Below, piece after piece: positions 1-11,199 of a stretch of DNA of 64,000 nucleotides. A model generated the notes under the pieces. It searched no databases and was not told the DNA's origin. It saw nothing but the letters and a program-made list of their open reading frames with translations. The DNA comes from an uncultured delta proteobacterium (lineage in GTDB: Bacteria; Desulfobacterota; Desulfobacteria; Desulfobacterales; Desulfatirhabdiaceae): contig CAWBKP010000014.1 in the NCBI GenBank assembly GCA_963789395.1, positions 64,001-128,000 on the forward strand, in the 5' to 3' direction. Position 1 is the stretch's first letter. Each line of letters begins with the position of its first letter. A program made the translations under genes and the position numbers.

Positions 1-790
1 CAAGATCCGTCAGTCCTTTTTCATCTACGCCTTCAAGAAGTAGCGCCGCATTGACGATGTCCGCCGTGATGACCCCGTCCGCCCGTACCTGAGCATAATC
101 TCTTACCCGTTTCAACAGTCGGTTGACAATTCGGGGTGTTCCCCGGGATCGCCGGGAAAGTTCCTGGGCACCGGCCTTATCAATGGCAATTTTCAACAGG
201 GCGGCAGATCTTGTGGTTATCTGAACCAGCTCTGATTCACGATAAAAATCCAGGCTTCTGAATATGCCGAACCTGTCCCGTAAAGGCGAAGACAGCAGGC
301 CGACCCGTGTGGTGGCACCAACCAGAGAAAATTGTTCCAGGCGGATGCGATGGCTTCTGGCATGCGCCCCTTTGTCGAACACAAAATCAACGGCAAAGTC
401 CTCCATGGCCGGGTACAGGAATTCCTCAACCGCTTTGGGCATCCGATGGATCTCGTCCACAAACAGCACATCCGCTCTGGACAGGTGGGTCAAAATGCCA
501 ATAAGATCACCGCCTTTTTCCAGGGCAGGGCCGGATGTCACGGTGAGATTTCCGCCCATTTCATTGGCAATGATGTGAGCCAGCGTGGTTTTGCCAAGGC
601 CCGGCGGCCCATGAAACAGCACATGATCGAGCGGTTCCTTGCGCATTTTTGCAGCTTCAATCGCAATTTTAAGCGTTTCAACCACTTCAGTCTGGCCGAC
701 ATATTCAGACAAACGCTCGGGGCGAAGCGACAGCAAATCGGTTTCTATGTCCGAAGGCTGACAGGTTCCAGCGACAATGCCCTGAATCAT
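1..790 (-). CDS. ruvB: Holliday junction branch migration helicase RuvB (3' end runs off the window)
   Basis: Manual translation from ATG 790: [12 protein letters not shown], Walker [19 protein letters not shown], Walker [21 protein letters not shown]. Follows ruvA. Confidence 0.97.
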   Translation of the reverse strand, partial: MIQGIVAGTCQPSDIETDLLSLRPERLSEYVGQTEVVETLKIAIEAAKMRKEPLDHVLFHGPPGLGKTTLAHIIANEMGGNLTVTSGPALEKGGDLIGILTHLSRADVLFVDEIHRMPKAVEEFLYPAMEDFAVDFVFDKGAHARSHRIRLEQFSLVGATTRVGLLSSPLRDRFGIFRSLDFYRESELVQITTRSAALLKIAIDKAGAQELSRRSRGTPRIVNRLLKRVRDYAQVRADGVITADIVNAALLLEGVDEKGLTDL

Positions 791-816
791 GGAGGGTGTA
801 TTTAATATTCTTTCGG

Positions 817-1437
817 TCATTTCGGCCTGGCGCGTAACACTTCTTCAAGAAGCGTTTCCGGAGTGTGTATCGACGGGTTAAAGGACAGCGTTTCTGCGAT
901 TCTGCGCCTGGCATCAACAGGCTTTAAGCCCAGCTGTTCAACCAGCACATCCAGAACCGGTTGAATCAGTTCCTCCGCCTCCGGCTGCAGCCCCGGTAGA
1001 CGCGTCGCCATCTCCGGCAATATGAACCTGTCCAGTTTTCCTGCCAGGGATGCGATCATTTTTTGAGCCGTGCGTTTTCCGATGCCTTTGAGTTTCTGAA
1101 GTTTTTCCAGATCATTTGCTTCAACAGCAGCGGCAATCTCATGAACCGGTACGGTCAGGGCTTTTGCAGCCTTCATGGGGCCTATGTCTTCTACGGTGAT
1201 CAGGCGCTGGAAGAAGTCTTTTTCTTCATCGGTATTAAACCCGATCAATACAGGTTTAGGCTGCTTTTCAGTCTGATGAAAATAGATGAACAGCGACACG
1301 TTGTCCCCAACGCCCTGCTCCCGTAACGAGTCCAGGACAATGGTCGGGAGCAGCACCTCATACCCGATCTGATTGGCCAGAATCAGTATCCGGTCATCGT
1401 TTTTCTGAAGTATGCTGCCTTCGATATACCCGATCAT
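817..1437 (-). CDS. ruvA: Holliday junction DNA-binding protein RuvA
   Basis: MIGYIEG start, HhH motifs ([18 protein letters not shown]); lies between ruvC and ruvB. The ORF track start at 1458 is probably too far upstream. Confidence 0.93.
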   Translation of the reverse strand: MIGYIEGSILQKNDDRILILANQIGYEVLLPTIVLDSLREQGVGDNVSLFIYFHQTEKQPKPVLIGFNTDEEKDFFQRLITVEDIGPMKAAKALTVPVHEIAAAVEANDLEKLQKLKGIGKRTAQKMIASLAGKLDRFILPEMATRLPGLQPEAEELIQPVLDVLVEQLGLKPVDARRRIAETLSFNPSIHTPETLLEEVLRARPK

Positions 1438-1454
1438 CTCACGCCTATCGACAC

Positions 1455-1949
1455 TCAACCCACGATTCTGACATCGTGATGCCGCAACAGTCCGATTATT
1501 GCCAGCCCCAGCGCATCCGATGCATGATCCGGCCGGATGGGAGCTGTCAGCGCCAGGCGACTGCGAACCGATTTTTCAAGTTGAGCTTTACTGGCATTGC
1601 CGTTTCCGGTCAGCACCTGTTTGGCTTCCCTTACCGGAATTTCCTGAACGGGGATATTGTGAACCGCTCCCGCCAGAAGGATGATACCGGAAACCTTCCC
1701 CAGAATAATGCCGGAACGGGGAAATTTCTCAAGCGAAAATACATCTTCGACAATCATCATATCCGGCTTTTCAGTTGAGAGGATATGATGAAGCTGTGAA
1801 TATATCTGACTCAGGCGGAGGGGAAGTGCGATGCGGGCCGAGGTGTGAATGCTGCCATATGAATAATTCTGGATGGTTAATCCTTTTCCGGAAACAACTC
1901 CAATTCCTGTTGATGCCAAACCAGGGTCAATGCCGATCACCTTAATCAT
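1455..1949 (-). CDS. ruvC: Crossover junction endodeoxyribonuclease RuvC
   Basis: VIGIDPGLASTG, VEDVF, KQVLTGNGNASKAQ and DHASDALG motifs. Confidence 0.96.
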   Translation of the reverse strand: MIKVIGIDPGLASTGIGVVSGKGLTIQNYSYGSIHTSARIALPLRLSQIYSQLHHILSTEKPDMMIVEDVFSLEKFPRSGIILGKVSGIILLAGAVHNIPVQEIPVREAKQVLTGNGNASKAQLEKSVRSRLALTAPIRPDHASDALGLAIIGLLRHHDVRIVG

Positions 1950-1974
1950 GGGTCATGGGTGCCATCCATACGGG

Positions 1975-2853
1975 TTATAACCCTTCAAGCTTTTGTTTGG
2001 CGATTTTGGCCTCATTGCTGGAAGGATATTTGGTAATCAGTTCTTTTAGAATCAGCTTTCCATTGGATTTGTCTCCAAGATTGAAAAATGAAAACCCCTG
2101 TTTCAACAGCGCTGCCTGGACCTTGTTTCCCTTTGGATAACTTTCAATCACTTTCTGGTATTCCAGAATGGCTTTTTCATACCACTTCTGCCGGTAATAG
2201 ATTTCTCCAAGCCAAAACTGAGAACTGTCGGCAATGGCGGATTTGGGAAATCGTTTGATAAACTCCTGAAAGCCGGTTCGGGCGGCCTCCAATTCTCCTG
2301 AATCAAAATCCTGCTTGGCCTTTGCATAAAGTTCGTTTTCAGACATCTCTTTTGCAGGCGGGGTCTCGGCTTTTTCCCTGGCCGGAGACTTTTCAGGGAC
2401 CGTCTTTGCGGGAGTCGGCTTTTTTGCACCACCATCCAGGGCCAAGTATTCTTCGATGCGAAGCAGCCGGTCCTTCATTGAGAGGGTTGCCTGCTCCAGA
2501 TTGGCCAATTTTGTTTCAACACTGTCTCCGACATCGCCGGAAAGCATGCTCGACTGGCGATGCGATTTTTCTTCAATTTTGCCGTTCAGAAGCTGAATCT
2601 CTTCCTGTAGCCTGTCCACGGTGGCAGCAAGTTCAGCATACTGGCTGCGAAGCTGCTGTTCTTTTTCTAACTGGCTTTTTCGGAAATCTTCCATTCGCAT
2701 CTGGAACTGGTCCCTGGATTTGTCAAAATCCGATCCGCGGCGCTCCAGATTCGAAATACGACTGTCGGCCCTGATGACCTCCTGATGGGAAGCACATCCT
2801 GGCCCCAGAAGAATCGATGCACAAACAACATACCGAAATAAGCTGGATTTCAT
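1975..2853 (-). CDS. cpoB: Tol-Pal system protein CpoB/YbgF (coiled coil plus TPR)
   Basis: Lipoprotein-like signal (GPGC), coiled coil, C-terminal TPRs (SQFWLGEIYY, ALLKQG, YPSS); directly after pal. Confidence 0.92.
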   Translation of the reverse strand: MKSSLFRYVVCASILLGPGCASHQEVIRADSRISNLERRGSDFDKSRDQFQMRMEDFRKSQLEKEQQLRSQYAELAATVDRLQEEIQLLNGKIEEKSHRQSSMLSGDVGDSVETKLANLEQATLSMKDRLLRIEEYLALDGGAKKPTPAKTVPEKSPAREKAETPPAKEMSENELYAKAKQDFDSGELEAARTGFQEFIKRFPKSAIADSSQFWLGEIYYRQKWYEKAILEYQKVIESYPKGNKVQAALLKQGFSFFNLGDKSNGKLILKELITKYPSSNEAKIAKQKLEGL

Positions 2854-2932
2854 GATACAAAATCACCCGAGAATAAAGGTTTATTCAACCGTACGGGAAA
2901 TGATAACATTCTTTCACCCGTCTCGATACGAA

Positions 2933-2971
2933 AATGGCAGGTAACACAGTCTGATGTGCTAACCTGCCATT
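2933..2971 (-). terminator. Stem-loop downstream of pal (partial terminator or mRNA stabiliser)
   Basis: Inverted repeat aatggcaggt...acctgccatt about 35 nt after the pal stop. Confidence 0.5.
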
Positions 2972-3004
2972 ACCAAACATAAAAACGATCCTATCTTGAA
3001 ACGT

Positions 3005-3523
3005 TTATTTCAGGACAAAATGATCCCGTCTGTTTTTTGCGTAGGCAGCTTCCGTCTTGGCAGGATCAAGGGGTTTTTCTTTTCCGTAGCTGATCGTGGT
3101 CATTCTGGAAGCCGGAATCCCCATGTTTACCAGGAAGGCTTTTGCAGCTTCCGCACGTCTTTCACCCAGTGCAAGGTTGTACGCCACGGTGCCGCGCTCA
3201 TCGCAATTGCCTTCGATGGTGACGGCAGCACTCGGGTTACTCTTCAAGTAGGCAGCCTTGTCTTTTAAAATGGCCTGGGCAGTGGCATCCAGAACCGCAC
3301 TGTCAAAAGCAAAATTGACATCCTGTGCCATGAACTTTTGTCGAGCTGCCAGTTCCGCACTGTTATCAGGCGCCGGCGCCGGTGCTGGCGCCTTTTTCTC
3401 GACTTCAGCGGCTTTTGATACAGCTGCTTCGGGTTTTACAACCTTCTTGGCACACGATGTGGTTAACATCAAGCCAGGAACAACAAACAACATTGCTAAA
3501 ATTACCCAATTCATTCTCTTCAT
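3005..3523 (-). CDS. pal: Peptidoglycan-associated lipoprotein Pal
   Basis: Lipobox TTSC; OmpA-like domain [33 protein letters not shown]. Confidence 0.97.
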   Translation of the reverse strand: MKRMNWVILAMLFVVPGLMLTTSCAKKVVKPEAAVSKAAEVEKKAPAPAPAPDNSAELAARQKFMAQDVNFAFDSAVLDATAQAILKDKAAYLKSNPSAAVTIEGNCDERGTVAYNLALGERRAEAAKAFLVNMGIPASRMTTISYGKEKPLDPAKTEAAYAKNRRDHFVLK

Positions 3524-3548
3524 TTTACTTCCTCCTTTTAATAATAAA

Positions 3549-4922
3549 TTAATTTTTCACTCCCGGTGACCATTTGGGTTCTGATTGCTGACCGGGCATA
3601 CTCATCAATCTGCGCTGATCCGCCCCATAAGCAGTCATAACATAAATTCTCGATGTACCTTCGCGGGTAGAGCAAAACGCTATCATGCTGCCGTCCGGCG
3701 ACCACGATGGCGAGTCGTTATCTCCCTGTGCATAGGTGAGCTGCATCAACCCCTTGCCATCCGCACCGATCACATAGATATTAAAGCCGCTTCCTTTTTC
3801 CAGTGCCGTGTAAACAATTTTATCCCCTTTTGGGGACCACTCCGGCTGCGTATTGTTGTTTCCCTGAAAGGTCAGACGTTCGGCATGTCCGGAATTCATA
3901 TTCTGAACATAAATCTGAGGCGTGCCGCCCCTTCTGGATACAAAGGCCATTTTGCCGCCGTCCGGAGAAAATGTCGGGGACACATCAATTCCCGGACTAT
4001 CAGTTAATCTATTAATAACTTTTCCCGTTCCGGTCAATAGATAAATTTCAGGATCTCCAGAAAAAGACAAGGACGCCGCCAGTTCAAACTTGCCGGGGAC
4101 CCACGCGGGCGATATGCCCATGCCTTTTTTATCCGCCACAGCAATTCGATTATCAGAAATATTCTGAATAAACAAGTCCGGTTTTCCTTTGGCATAGGAC
4201 GTATAGGCAACCCACTTGCCATCATATGACATTGCAGGAGAAAGGTTAATACTCTGGTTATGGGTAATCTGGGTGGGCCCATATCCATCAAAATCGCAGA
4301 GATATACTTCCTTTCCGGAGGAAACGGAGGAAACAAACACGATCTGACTCTCGAACAAACCGCCGCTGCCGGTCAAGAGGGCCATAATCTCACTGCAGAA
4401 CCGGCGAATCATCGTGCGAAGATCTTTCACATTACCCGTATATTTTCTGCCGATCAACTGCCGTTCATTGTATGTGTCAAAAAGCCGCAGATCCATTTCA
4501 AGCTGGGTATTGCTTACAGAAACTGCGCCGGTAACCAGAAGTTCGGCACCAACAGTGGTCCAGCCCTTGAACATGGGCGCTGCGACATCGGATTTTTGGG
4601 CATCCACCAGAAATGAGCCCCTGTCCAGAATTTTAAAATATCCGGTAAATACCAGCATATCCGACAGCATATTCGCGCCGGTTTGTGCGGTGTCGGATTC
4701 TGAATCGTTTCCGGCAACTGGCTTAAACAGCGGGATGGCTATGGGGACTTTTTTCAATAACGGGTTGTTGATATCGATATAATCATATTTGCCGGCTCCG
4801 ATAGCTGTTCCAGCCCACAACAGACCTATCAGTATCATTCCCCATACCAAGCGGGTGCGATTCAAAACCCGAAATTTTTGACATCCGACTTCATATCCGG
4901 CATGTCCGGAAGCCACAATCAT
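3549..4922 (-). CDS. tolB: Tol-Pal beta-propeller protein TolB
   Basis: Signal peptide, TolB N-terminal domain, PD40 repeats ([23 protein letters not shown]). True start may be downstream. Confidence 0.95.
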   Translation of the reverse strand: MIVASGHAGYEVGCQKFRVLNRTRLVWGMILIGLLWAGTAIGAGKYDYIDINNPLLKKVPIAIPLFKPVAGNDSESDTAQTGANMLSDMLVFTGYFKILDRGSFLVDAQKSDVAAPMFKGWTTVGAELLVTGAVSVSNTQLEMDLRLFDTYNERQLIGRKYTGNVKDLRTMIRRFCSEIMALLTGSGGLFESQIVFVSSVSSGKEVYLCDFDGYGPTQITHNQSINLSPAMSYDGKWVAYTSYAKGKPDLFIQNISDNRIAVADKKGMGISPAWVPGKFELAASLSFSGDPEIYLLTGTGKVINRLTDSPGIDVSPTFSPDGGKMAFVSRRGGTPQIYVQNMNSGHAERLTFQGNNNTQPEWSPKGDKIVYTALEKGSGFNIYVIGADGKGLMQLTYAQGDNDSPSWSPDGSMIAFCSTREGTSRIYVMTAYGADQRRLMSMPGQQSEPKWSPGVKN

Positions 4923-4923
4923 G

Positions 4924-5983
4924 TTAACTCCGTTTCAGTCCTTTTGGGGTAAAAATCAACCCCAGTTCATAATATGGCTGCGTATATTCCCTTGGCAGGG
5001 GAGGCAGCGGACTTGATTTTTTAACAGCTTTAAATACAGAATCATCAAAATAGGTGTTGCCTGATTTTTTTTCAAACCAGATGTCCGTTATTTCACCGTT
5101 TTTCATGATTTTAACCACGATAACGGATACAAGATCGGTTCTTCCGCCGACAAGCTGTTCATTAAACACCCAGTTGTGTTCAATGTGGCTGGGAATCAGC
5201 GACCGATAAAAATCAATGGGTTGTATGCCAAAAGCACCGGTCCCGCCGGTCCCGCCGGTCCCGCCGCCGCTGCCACCATTGGCACCGCTGCCGCTGCCGA
5301 CGCCCGAAGACTTTCCGGAAGCAGGCTCTTTTGAGGCATTCTTGGCCGTTTCCGACTCGGTTTTTGCTACCTTGCTCTTGAGTCGTTCCAGGGCAGAGGC
5401 CAAGGGATCAACCGGACTGGATTCCTCCACCTGCTTTTCGATTTTGTTCAATGCATTTTTAATGGCCTGATTGGATTTAAACGTCTCTTTTTTCAAAGAC
5501 GTTTTCGGCTTCGCTTTTTCATTGGAAAGCGATATGACATCCGCAGATTTTTCAGGTTCCGCTTTAGGCTGAGGCTCCGGGACCGATACTTTCTCGGGCT
5601 TGGGAGCAGGCGGCACCGGTTTGGGTTCATGTATTTCAGGCTTTGCGGGCTTTGGCGCTGGCGGCTCCGGTTTGGATTCCTGAACCTCGGGCTTTGCAGG
5701 CCCCGGGTCTGGAGCAGCTGGCTTTTCTGACTTTGGGTTCCGGTTTTTCCGGACCGGAATGGCCGGGCTTTCCAATGGAACCGGTTGGCGACATCGTAAC
5801 CATATTGACCATGATAACGGACGGTACAAATTCTCTTTTGGGAGCTAAAGCCGGCAAATATGTCACGATGACAAAAAACAGGACATGAACAACCAAGGAA
5901 GCCGCCACATACCAGCCGATCGGGGCGGTGCCGGTTCCTGAAGAAAGCAACAAACTGGCATGAGCTGATACACGGGCACGCAT
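4924..5983 (-). CDS. tolA: TolA/TonB-family energy transducer, split by one frameshift near 5735
   Basis: N-terminal TM with SxxxH (SLVVH) in ORF 5636..5983; Pro/Lys/Glu-rich linker and TonB_2 C-domain (KSGNTYFDDSV...PLPPLP) in ORF 4924..5829. Confidence 0.9.
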
Positions 5984-5986
5984 TCG

Positions 5987-6412
5987 CTACTTCTTTTTTT
6001 CAGGTTTAGTATCCAGCGGTATGGTTACCATCCCCAACTTATCAATGCCACCCGCCTTGATCTCCGCCATCACCCGGACAACCGTACCATAAGGAATATT
6101 CTTGTCGGCCCGAAGATAGGCCTCTTTGTCCGGTTTTCCTTCGAGTATCTTGGACAGCTTGCTGCTAAGCACATCCAGCGAAACCTGAAACTCGTTAATG
6201 TAGATCTGGCCTTTGGGATCAATGGAGATAATAAGGTGTTCCTTTTCGGCGGCAAGCGGTTCGGACGTGGTTTCCGGAAGTGCGACATCGACGCCCTGCA
6301 TCATCATGGGGGCGGTGACCATAAAGATAATCAGCAGAACCAGCATCACATCAACCAGCGGCGTCACATTGATTTCAGACATCAGCCGGTCGTTATTTCC
6401 GCCCATACTCAT
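5987..6412 (-). CDS. tolR: TolR
   Basis: SEINVTPLVDVMLVLLIIFMVTAP, LRADKNIPYG. Confidence 0.96.
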   Translation of the reverse strand: MSMGGNNDRLMSEINVTPLVDVMLVLLIIFMVTAPMMMQGVDVALPETTSEPLAAEKEHLIISIDPKGQIYINEFQVSLDVLSSKLSKILEGKPDKEAYLRADKNIPYGTVVRVMAEIKAGGIDKLGMVTIPLDTKPEKKK

Positions 6413-7140
6413 GGCTTGCTTCCTTTGGCGGATAGAATGTCACGCTCGATGATATTTAAAAAATCCGCGGAAAAACTTTGCAGCTCCGTTTCAATGATCT
6501 TGATTTTCTGCATGAAATAATTAAATGCAATGACCGATGGAATTGCCGCGGCAAGTCCGGCAGCCGTTGCAATCAAGGCTTCTGAAATTCCCGGAGCCAC
6601 CACAGCCAGCGTTGCCGAACCCCTGAGGCCGATCCCATGAAACGAATTCATAATTCCCCATACGGTTCCGAACAGGCCGATAAACGGCGCTGTGTTGCCG
6701 GCTGTCGCCAGAAAAGGCACCATCTGGGTGATTCGCGTAATTTCCGTGTTGGTTGCCCTGCGCAGGGCGCGGTTCACGTTGTCGATTCCAGCAAAATGGG
6801 CTCCTATTGTCATCGCTTCCTGGCCCTGTGCCGGCGGCTTAACAGGCGGCCCGGACTGGCTGACTTTTTTGAGTTCAACATATCCAATGCGGAACACGTG
6901 GGCGATGGGGCTGCTCTGAAGCTGCTTGGCTTTGACAAATGCTTCGGAAAGATCCCGGCTTTTCCAGAAATAATCGGTAAACAGCGCCGATTCCTTGAAA
7001 GCCTTTCGAATATAGCGGTATTTGATAAAAATGATTGCCCAGGACATCACCGAAAAGAAAAGCAGCATCAACAGGACAAAATTCACCATCAATCCTGAAT
7101 TGCTGATCATCTGGATCAAATTTATTTCATTTGAAAGCAT
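6409..7140 (-). CDS. tolQ: TolQ
   Basis: APFIGLFGTVWGIM, VVAPGISEALIATAAGL. Confidence 0.96.
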   Translation of the reverse strand: MLSNEINLIQMISNSGLMVNFVLLMLLFFSVMSWAIIFIKYRYIRKAFKESALFTDYFWKSRDLSEAFVKAKQLQSSPIAHVFRIGYVELKKVSQSGPPVKPPAQGQEAMTIGAHFAGIDNVNRALRRATNTEITRITQMVPFLATAGNTAPFIGLFGTVWGIMNSFHGIGLRGSATLAVVAPGISEALIATAAGLAAAIPSVIAFNYFMQKIKIIETELQSFSADFLNIIERDILSAKGSKP

Positions 7141-7455
7141 TGAAAGACTGCTCCGATTGTTGTGATATGAACACAGAAACTGCTTGACATATCGATTAAG
7201 AAACGTGCCGATAAATTAAAATAACATATAGTTGTAAACTATTTATATAGTACTTACGGAACAATCCTGTCAAGCGATTTAAGAAGCCAGGATGCATTAT
7301 GATAGAATCCGCAGGCTGACCCGGTTATCGGAAATCTGCTGATGTTTATGCTTGACTTGAATGTCGGAATCTTCATAATAACTGCATTTAAAGGTCTGAG
7401 AGCCAGTGAAGCAGGTCTGGATTCGATGCAATTTTTCATGACGGGGGTCAATCCG

Positions 7456-8007
7456 ATGCATTACCGAAATTACCGATATATAATCGCAGCCCTCAGCGCC
7501 ATGGTCGCGGCATCCATCATTTCGTCATGCAGCCCGGGGGTGTTGACCTATAAAGGCGCCAAGGTAACCCAGATGAATCGCATGATTCTGCTCAAGCAGG
7601 GGGAACAACAGGGCGTCTGGAAAACCGCTGAACTGTCGGTATCCTATAATTATCAGTTGACCCCGGATGACTTGAAGCTGAACGGAACCACGGAACTCAT
7701 TGGCGGACTCTCCCAGGGATTCAGATGGATCAAACGGCTTGATGTTTATCTGTTGTTTCTGGACAGACAGGGAGTCGTTATTGAATGCCCGCTAATTTAT
7801 TCGTCCATGGCGAACCGCGTTATTGATACGATTCCCCTGAAGTTTGAAACGACACTCCCCGTACCCGAAGGCACTTACACAGTTTCATTTGCCTATGAAG
7901 GTGAATTGTCAGGAACCGGAGCCAGGGACTCAACGTTTCGCAGAATCAGCGACTCCCCATCGAGGCCGATAGCCCCCAAACAACCAGACAAGTCCGGTGC
8001 ATCGTGA
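7456..8007 (+). CDS. Hypothetical lipoprotein
   Basis: From ATG 7456: basic N-terminus, hydrophobic stretch, lipobox-like ISSC, then a beta-rich domain; no family recognised. Confidence 0.65.
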   Translation: MHYRNYRYIIAALSAMVAASIISSCSPGVLTYKGAKVTQMNRMILLKQGEQQGVWKTAELSVSYNYQLTPDDLKLNGTTELIGGLSQGFRWIKRLDVYLLFLDRQGVVIECPLIYSSMANRVIDTIPLKFETTLPVPEGTYTVSFAYEGELSGTGARDSTFRRISDSPSRPIAPKQPDKSGAS

Positions 8008-8084
8008 CCGGTTGAATGCTTATAATTGGTCATTTTACAGACAAATGTGGCCCGCTGCCCGGAATGTCGTGGTAAAAACCATAT

Positions 8085-8819
8085 TCAGGGGTATTCCGTG
8101 TTATTTCGCAGTCGTTTTCTGTCTTTTTTCCAGGGAATCTCTTTTTTTCGTCCCTTGATTTTCGAGGAAAACGGATTCTCGTCGTGAAGTTCAAGGATAA
8201 ACGTTCCGGGAGTTTTAGGCTGTTGCGGGGCAGAATCAGGGGCTTGGCCCCTGGGCTCTCTTTCCAGAGCTGGCGCCGGTCCGGTAAAACATCCGGCAGG
8301 GATATGCCCTGCGGTGAACAGATCGCCGCCTGCTTGAAAAAAAAGGACACCCTGTTCCCTGCATTTATGGCAAAAAACCGACAACAAAACCGCTTTGGGA
8401 TCATACCGTCTGCCCATTCGAAGCGCCAGGTCCTTGTCGGAGCTCAACACAACCCGTGAATATGCGGACGGCGATATGCCTTTTTCAAGCACATGGGCAT
8501 GGGCTTTTCGCCTGACACAGACAAAAAGCAATTTGGGCGGTTCAGGACAAATTGCATGCAGGGGAAGATGGCTTCGATCAACAGCGCGAATGCAATTTCC
8601 TGAAAGTTCGATAGGCGGATCGGGCTCCCGAATCAGCAATTCATGGAAATGGGCCTCCCGGATAAATTTCCACTCTTTTTCCTCGCCGATGGCCTTCAGG
8701 AGGGTGTGGATGGAAACAAATCCGTTTTCATCCAAGACCAGCCCGAATTCATATGGCCTCCTTCCCAGGACATACGATAACAATTTTGAGAATCCGCGTA
8801 ATGTGGTATAGGGTTTCAT
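8085..8819 (-). CDS. RNA 2'-phosphotransferase (KptA/Tpt1)-like protein with degenerate catalytic motifs
   Basis: SKLLSYVLGRRP..FGLVLDENGF, IRA, PPKLL, LSSD...A...G match the KptA layout; basic C-terminal tail. Confidence 0.8.
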   Translation of the reverse strand: MKPYTTLRGFSKLLSYVLGRRPYEFGLVLDENGFVSIHTLLKAIGEEKEWKFIREAHFHELLIREPDPPIELSGNCIRAVDRSHLPLHAICPEPPKLLFVCVRRKAHAHVLEKGISPSAYSRVVLSSDKDLALRMGRRYDPKAVLLSVFCHKCREQGVLFFQAGGDLFTAGHIPAGCFTGPAPALEREPRGQAPDSAPQQPKTPGTFILELHDENPFSSKIKGRKKEIPWKKDRKRLRNNTEYP

Positions 8820-9007
8820 TCGCCTGCTGGTGAGTTGGCAAAATTTTTGCCGATCCCCGATATTCAAGATTCCACCGGATTGTTGTGCCCCGGATGATAT
8901 CAGCCGATCCGGAACACGCTTTTCTGACAATTTAGCCTTTTTCGGGTTTTGTTTCAACCGGATTATCCAATCATGAACCATTTTTTCAATCGAAAGGAGC
9001 CCGCAGG

Positions 9008-10510
9008 GTGTTAACGATCCTATCACCATCGAAGATTGCAGAACAACAAGTTGAAATGCTCATCATCCCGGTTTGCGAAGATGCGGATATCCATCCCGCA
9101 GCCTTCTTGCCGGAGCTGATGCATCAAGCCGTTAACCTGAAAGAATTCAAAGGCGCCGACAACGAAGATGTGGCGTTTTTCGCGCCACCGGGAGTCAGGG
9201 CCGCCCAGGTCATGTTCATCGGCCTGGGAAAAAAGAATCGTATTGACGGAGAAATACTTAGAAAGGCCTGCGGCAGGGCCATCAAAAAATGTATTCAAAA
9301 AGAAGTCCTGAAAGCCGTCTTTGTCGTTCCCGTTTCCAAAGCGATTGACACCGAATCCGGCGCGATGCTTGAAGCCATGATGGAAGGTGCACTGCTGGGG
9401 AACTATCAGTTCGACCAGTTCAAAAAACCCAAACACGCCTCACTGCTTCAGATCGGGTTCGCAGTCGGTAAAGATCTCACCTCTCAGGCACGTTTGTCCG
9501 CCAAAAAAATTGATATTATTTGCAGCGGAACCCTGATGGCTCGGGAATGGGTGACCACCCCTTCCAATCTGAAAAGACCGGAACAATTTTCCCGGTTATT
9601 GGTCGGTCTGGCAAAGAAGGCGCATCTGAAAGCCGCGGTCCTGGATCATTCTGCTTTGAAGAAACAAAAATTCGGTGCGCTTCTGGCTGTTGCCGCAGGC
9701 AGCGAATCTCATGCCAGGATGGTCGTTCTGGAGCACAGTCCCGGCAATGCCACTCAAACCTTAGCGCTGGTGGGAAAGGGAGTGACATTTGACTCTGGAG
9801 GGATCAACCTGAAACCTCCGGGATCTCTTGAGGATATGAAGATGGATATGGCCGGAGCCGCCGCAGTTGCCGCCACCCTGATCAGCGCTGCCAGGCTTAA
9901 TCTGCCCATCCGCCTGATCGGCGTTTTGCCGCTGGTGGAAAACATGCCTTCGGGTTCCGCAACCCGGCCCGGGGATATAGTCAGAAGCTTTTCCGGTAAA
10001 ACCGTTGAAATCAACAATACGGACGCCGAAGGCAGGCTGATTCTGGCAGATGCCCTGTCCTATGTCATTCAAACCTACAAGCCCGATGCCGTTGTTGACC
10101 TTGCCACCTTGACCGGGGCGTGCGTGGTGGCCCTGGGTGAAAAGATCGCCGGCGTCTTCTCGGCAGATGACGCAATGGCCGATACCCTCCTTGCCTCCGG
10201 CAGTAAAACCTATGAACGGTGCTGGAGAATGCCGCTTCCTGATGACTATAAAGATCTTTTAAAAAGCGAGTATGCCGACATTTGCAACATTACCGGATCA
10301 AAATGGGGAGGCGCCATTACCGCAGCGCTTTTTCTATCCGAATTTACGGAAAATACGCGGTGGACGCATATTGACATTGCCGGCCCCGCATACGCAAAAA
10401 AAGAGACCGCTTATTGCGGCGTCGGCGGGACAGGCTTTGGGGTCAGGCTTCTTTGCGACTGGATTGCAGAAGATGGCCGGATCATCTTTCTAAGTCACGT
10501 TTGCTGTTAA
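9008..10510 (+). CDS. pepA: Leucyl aminopeptidase (M17)
   Basis: GKGVTFDSGG, MKMDMAG, NTDAEGRL, ATLTGA; RBS AAGGAG before the GTG start. Confidence 0.97.
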   Translation: MLTILSPSKIAEQQVEMLIIPVCEDADIHPAAFLPELMHQAVNLKEFKGADNEDVAFFAPPGVRAAQVMFIGLGKKNRIDGEILRKACGRAIKKCIQKEVLKAVFVVPVSKAIDTESGAMLEAMMEGALLGNYQFDQFKKPKHASLLQIGFAVGKDLTSQARLSAKKIDIICSGTLMAREWVTTPSNLKRPEQFSRLLVGLAKKAHLKAAVLDHSALKKQKFGALLAVAAGSESHARMVVLEHSPGNATQTLALVGKGVTFDSGGINLKPPGSLEDMKMDMAGAAAVAATLISAARLNLPIRLIGVLPLVENMPSGSATRPGDIVRSFSGKTVEINNTDAEGRLILADALSYVIQTYKPDAVVDLATLTGACVVALGEKIAGVFSADDAMADTLLASGSKTYERCWRMPLPDDYKDLLKSEYADICNITGSKWGGAITAALFLSEFTENTRWTHIDIAGPAYAKKETAYCGVGGTGFGVRLLCDWIAEDGRIIFLSHVCC

Positions 10511-11199
10511 CGAATCCGGCAGGAGGTGACCCATTTTTCAGCGATTGTCCGGTACGCCAGAAGATCGTTTTCGGTGATGCGGTAATCGGTTTCCTTGAAA
10601 AAATCAGGGTCCAACACATGAGAGAGCTGAAACTGCTGAAGCACATACAGATCCGCACCCTGGATCATTTCACAGATTCTCTCCATGATCGGCCCGTCGA
10701 TCAGCGGTCTGATGCAGGTGGTTCTGAATTCATGGGAAAGCCCGGATGCTTTGATCAGCCGTATGCTGGATATCATCGCATCCGTGTTGCAATCTCTTTG
10801 AATATACTGCGGGTATAGCTCAGGAACTGTCTTGATGTCCATGGCCACATAGTCTACCAGTCCCATCGAAATCAGTTCCTCGAGAACTTTCGGGCGGCTT
10901 CCGTTGGTATCGAGCTTGATGGGATACCCCATCTGCCGGATGGTCCGGCAAACCCGAATCACATCCGGATGAAGGGATGGCTCGCCGCCCGAGATCACCA
11001 CACCTTCCAGAAACCCTTTGCGCGTTTCGAGAAAATCGTAAGCATCCTGCTCCGGCAATGGCTCCAGAGCCATGCCTTTAGCCAGTTCGGGATTATGGCA
11101 GTAGGGACAGTGAAAATTGCATCCTGAAAAAAAAAGGACGCAGGCGACTTTTCCCGGGTAATCGATCAGCGTGCTTTTTTGAATCCCCCCGAAAACCAT
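10507..11199 (-). CDS. nrdG: Anaerobic ribonucleotide reductase activating enzyme (radical SAM)
   Basis: CNFHCPYCHN CxxxCxxC motif, SGGEP, DTNGS; adjacent to nrdD. Confidence 0.95.
   Translation of the reverse strand: MVFGGIQKSTLIDYPGKVACVLFFSGCNFHCPYCHNPELAKGMALEPLPEQDAYDFLETRKGFLEGVVISGGEPSLHPDVIRVCRTIRQMGYPIKLDTNGSRPKVLEELISMGLVDYVAMDIKTVPELYPQYIQRDCNTDAMISSIRLIKASGLSHEFRTTCIRPLIDGPIMERICEMIQGADLYVLQQFQLSHVLDPDFFKETDYRITENDLLAYRTIAEKWVTSCRIR

Noticed and set aside
5238..5300. Short tandem repeats (ccggtcccg x3, gccgct)
   Set aside because: They encode the Gly/Thr/Ser-rich linker of TolA; not CRISPR or a contingency locus.
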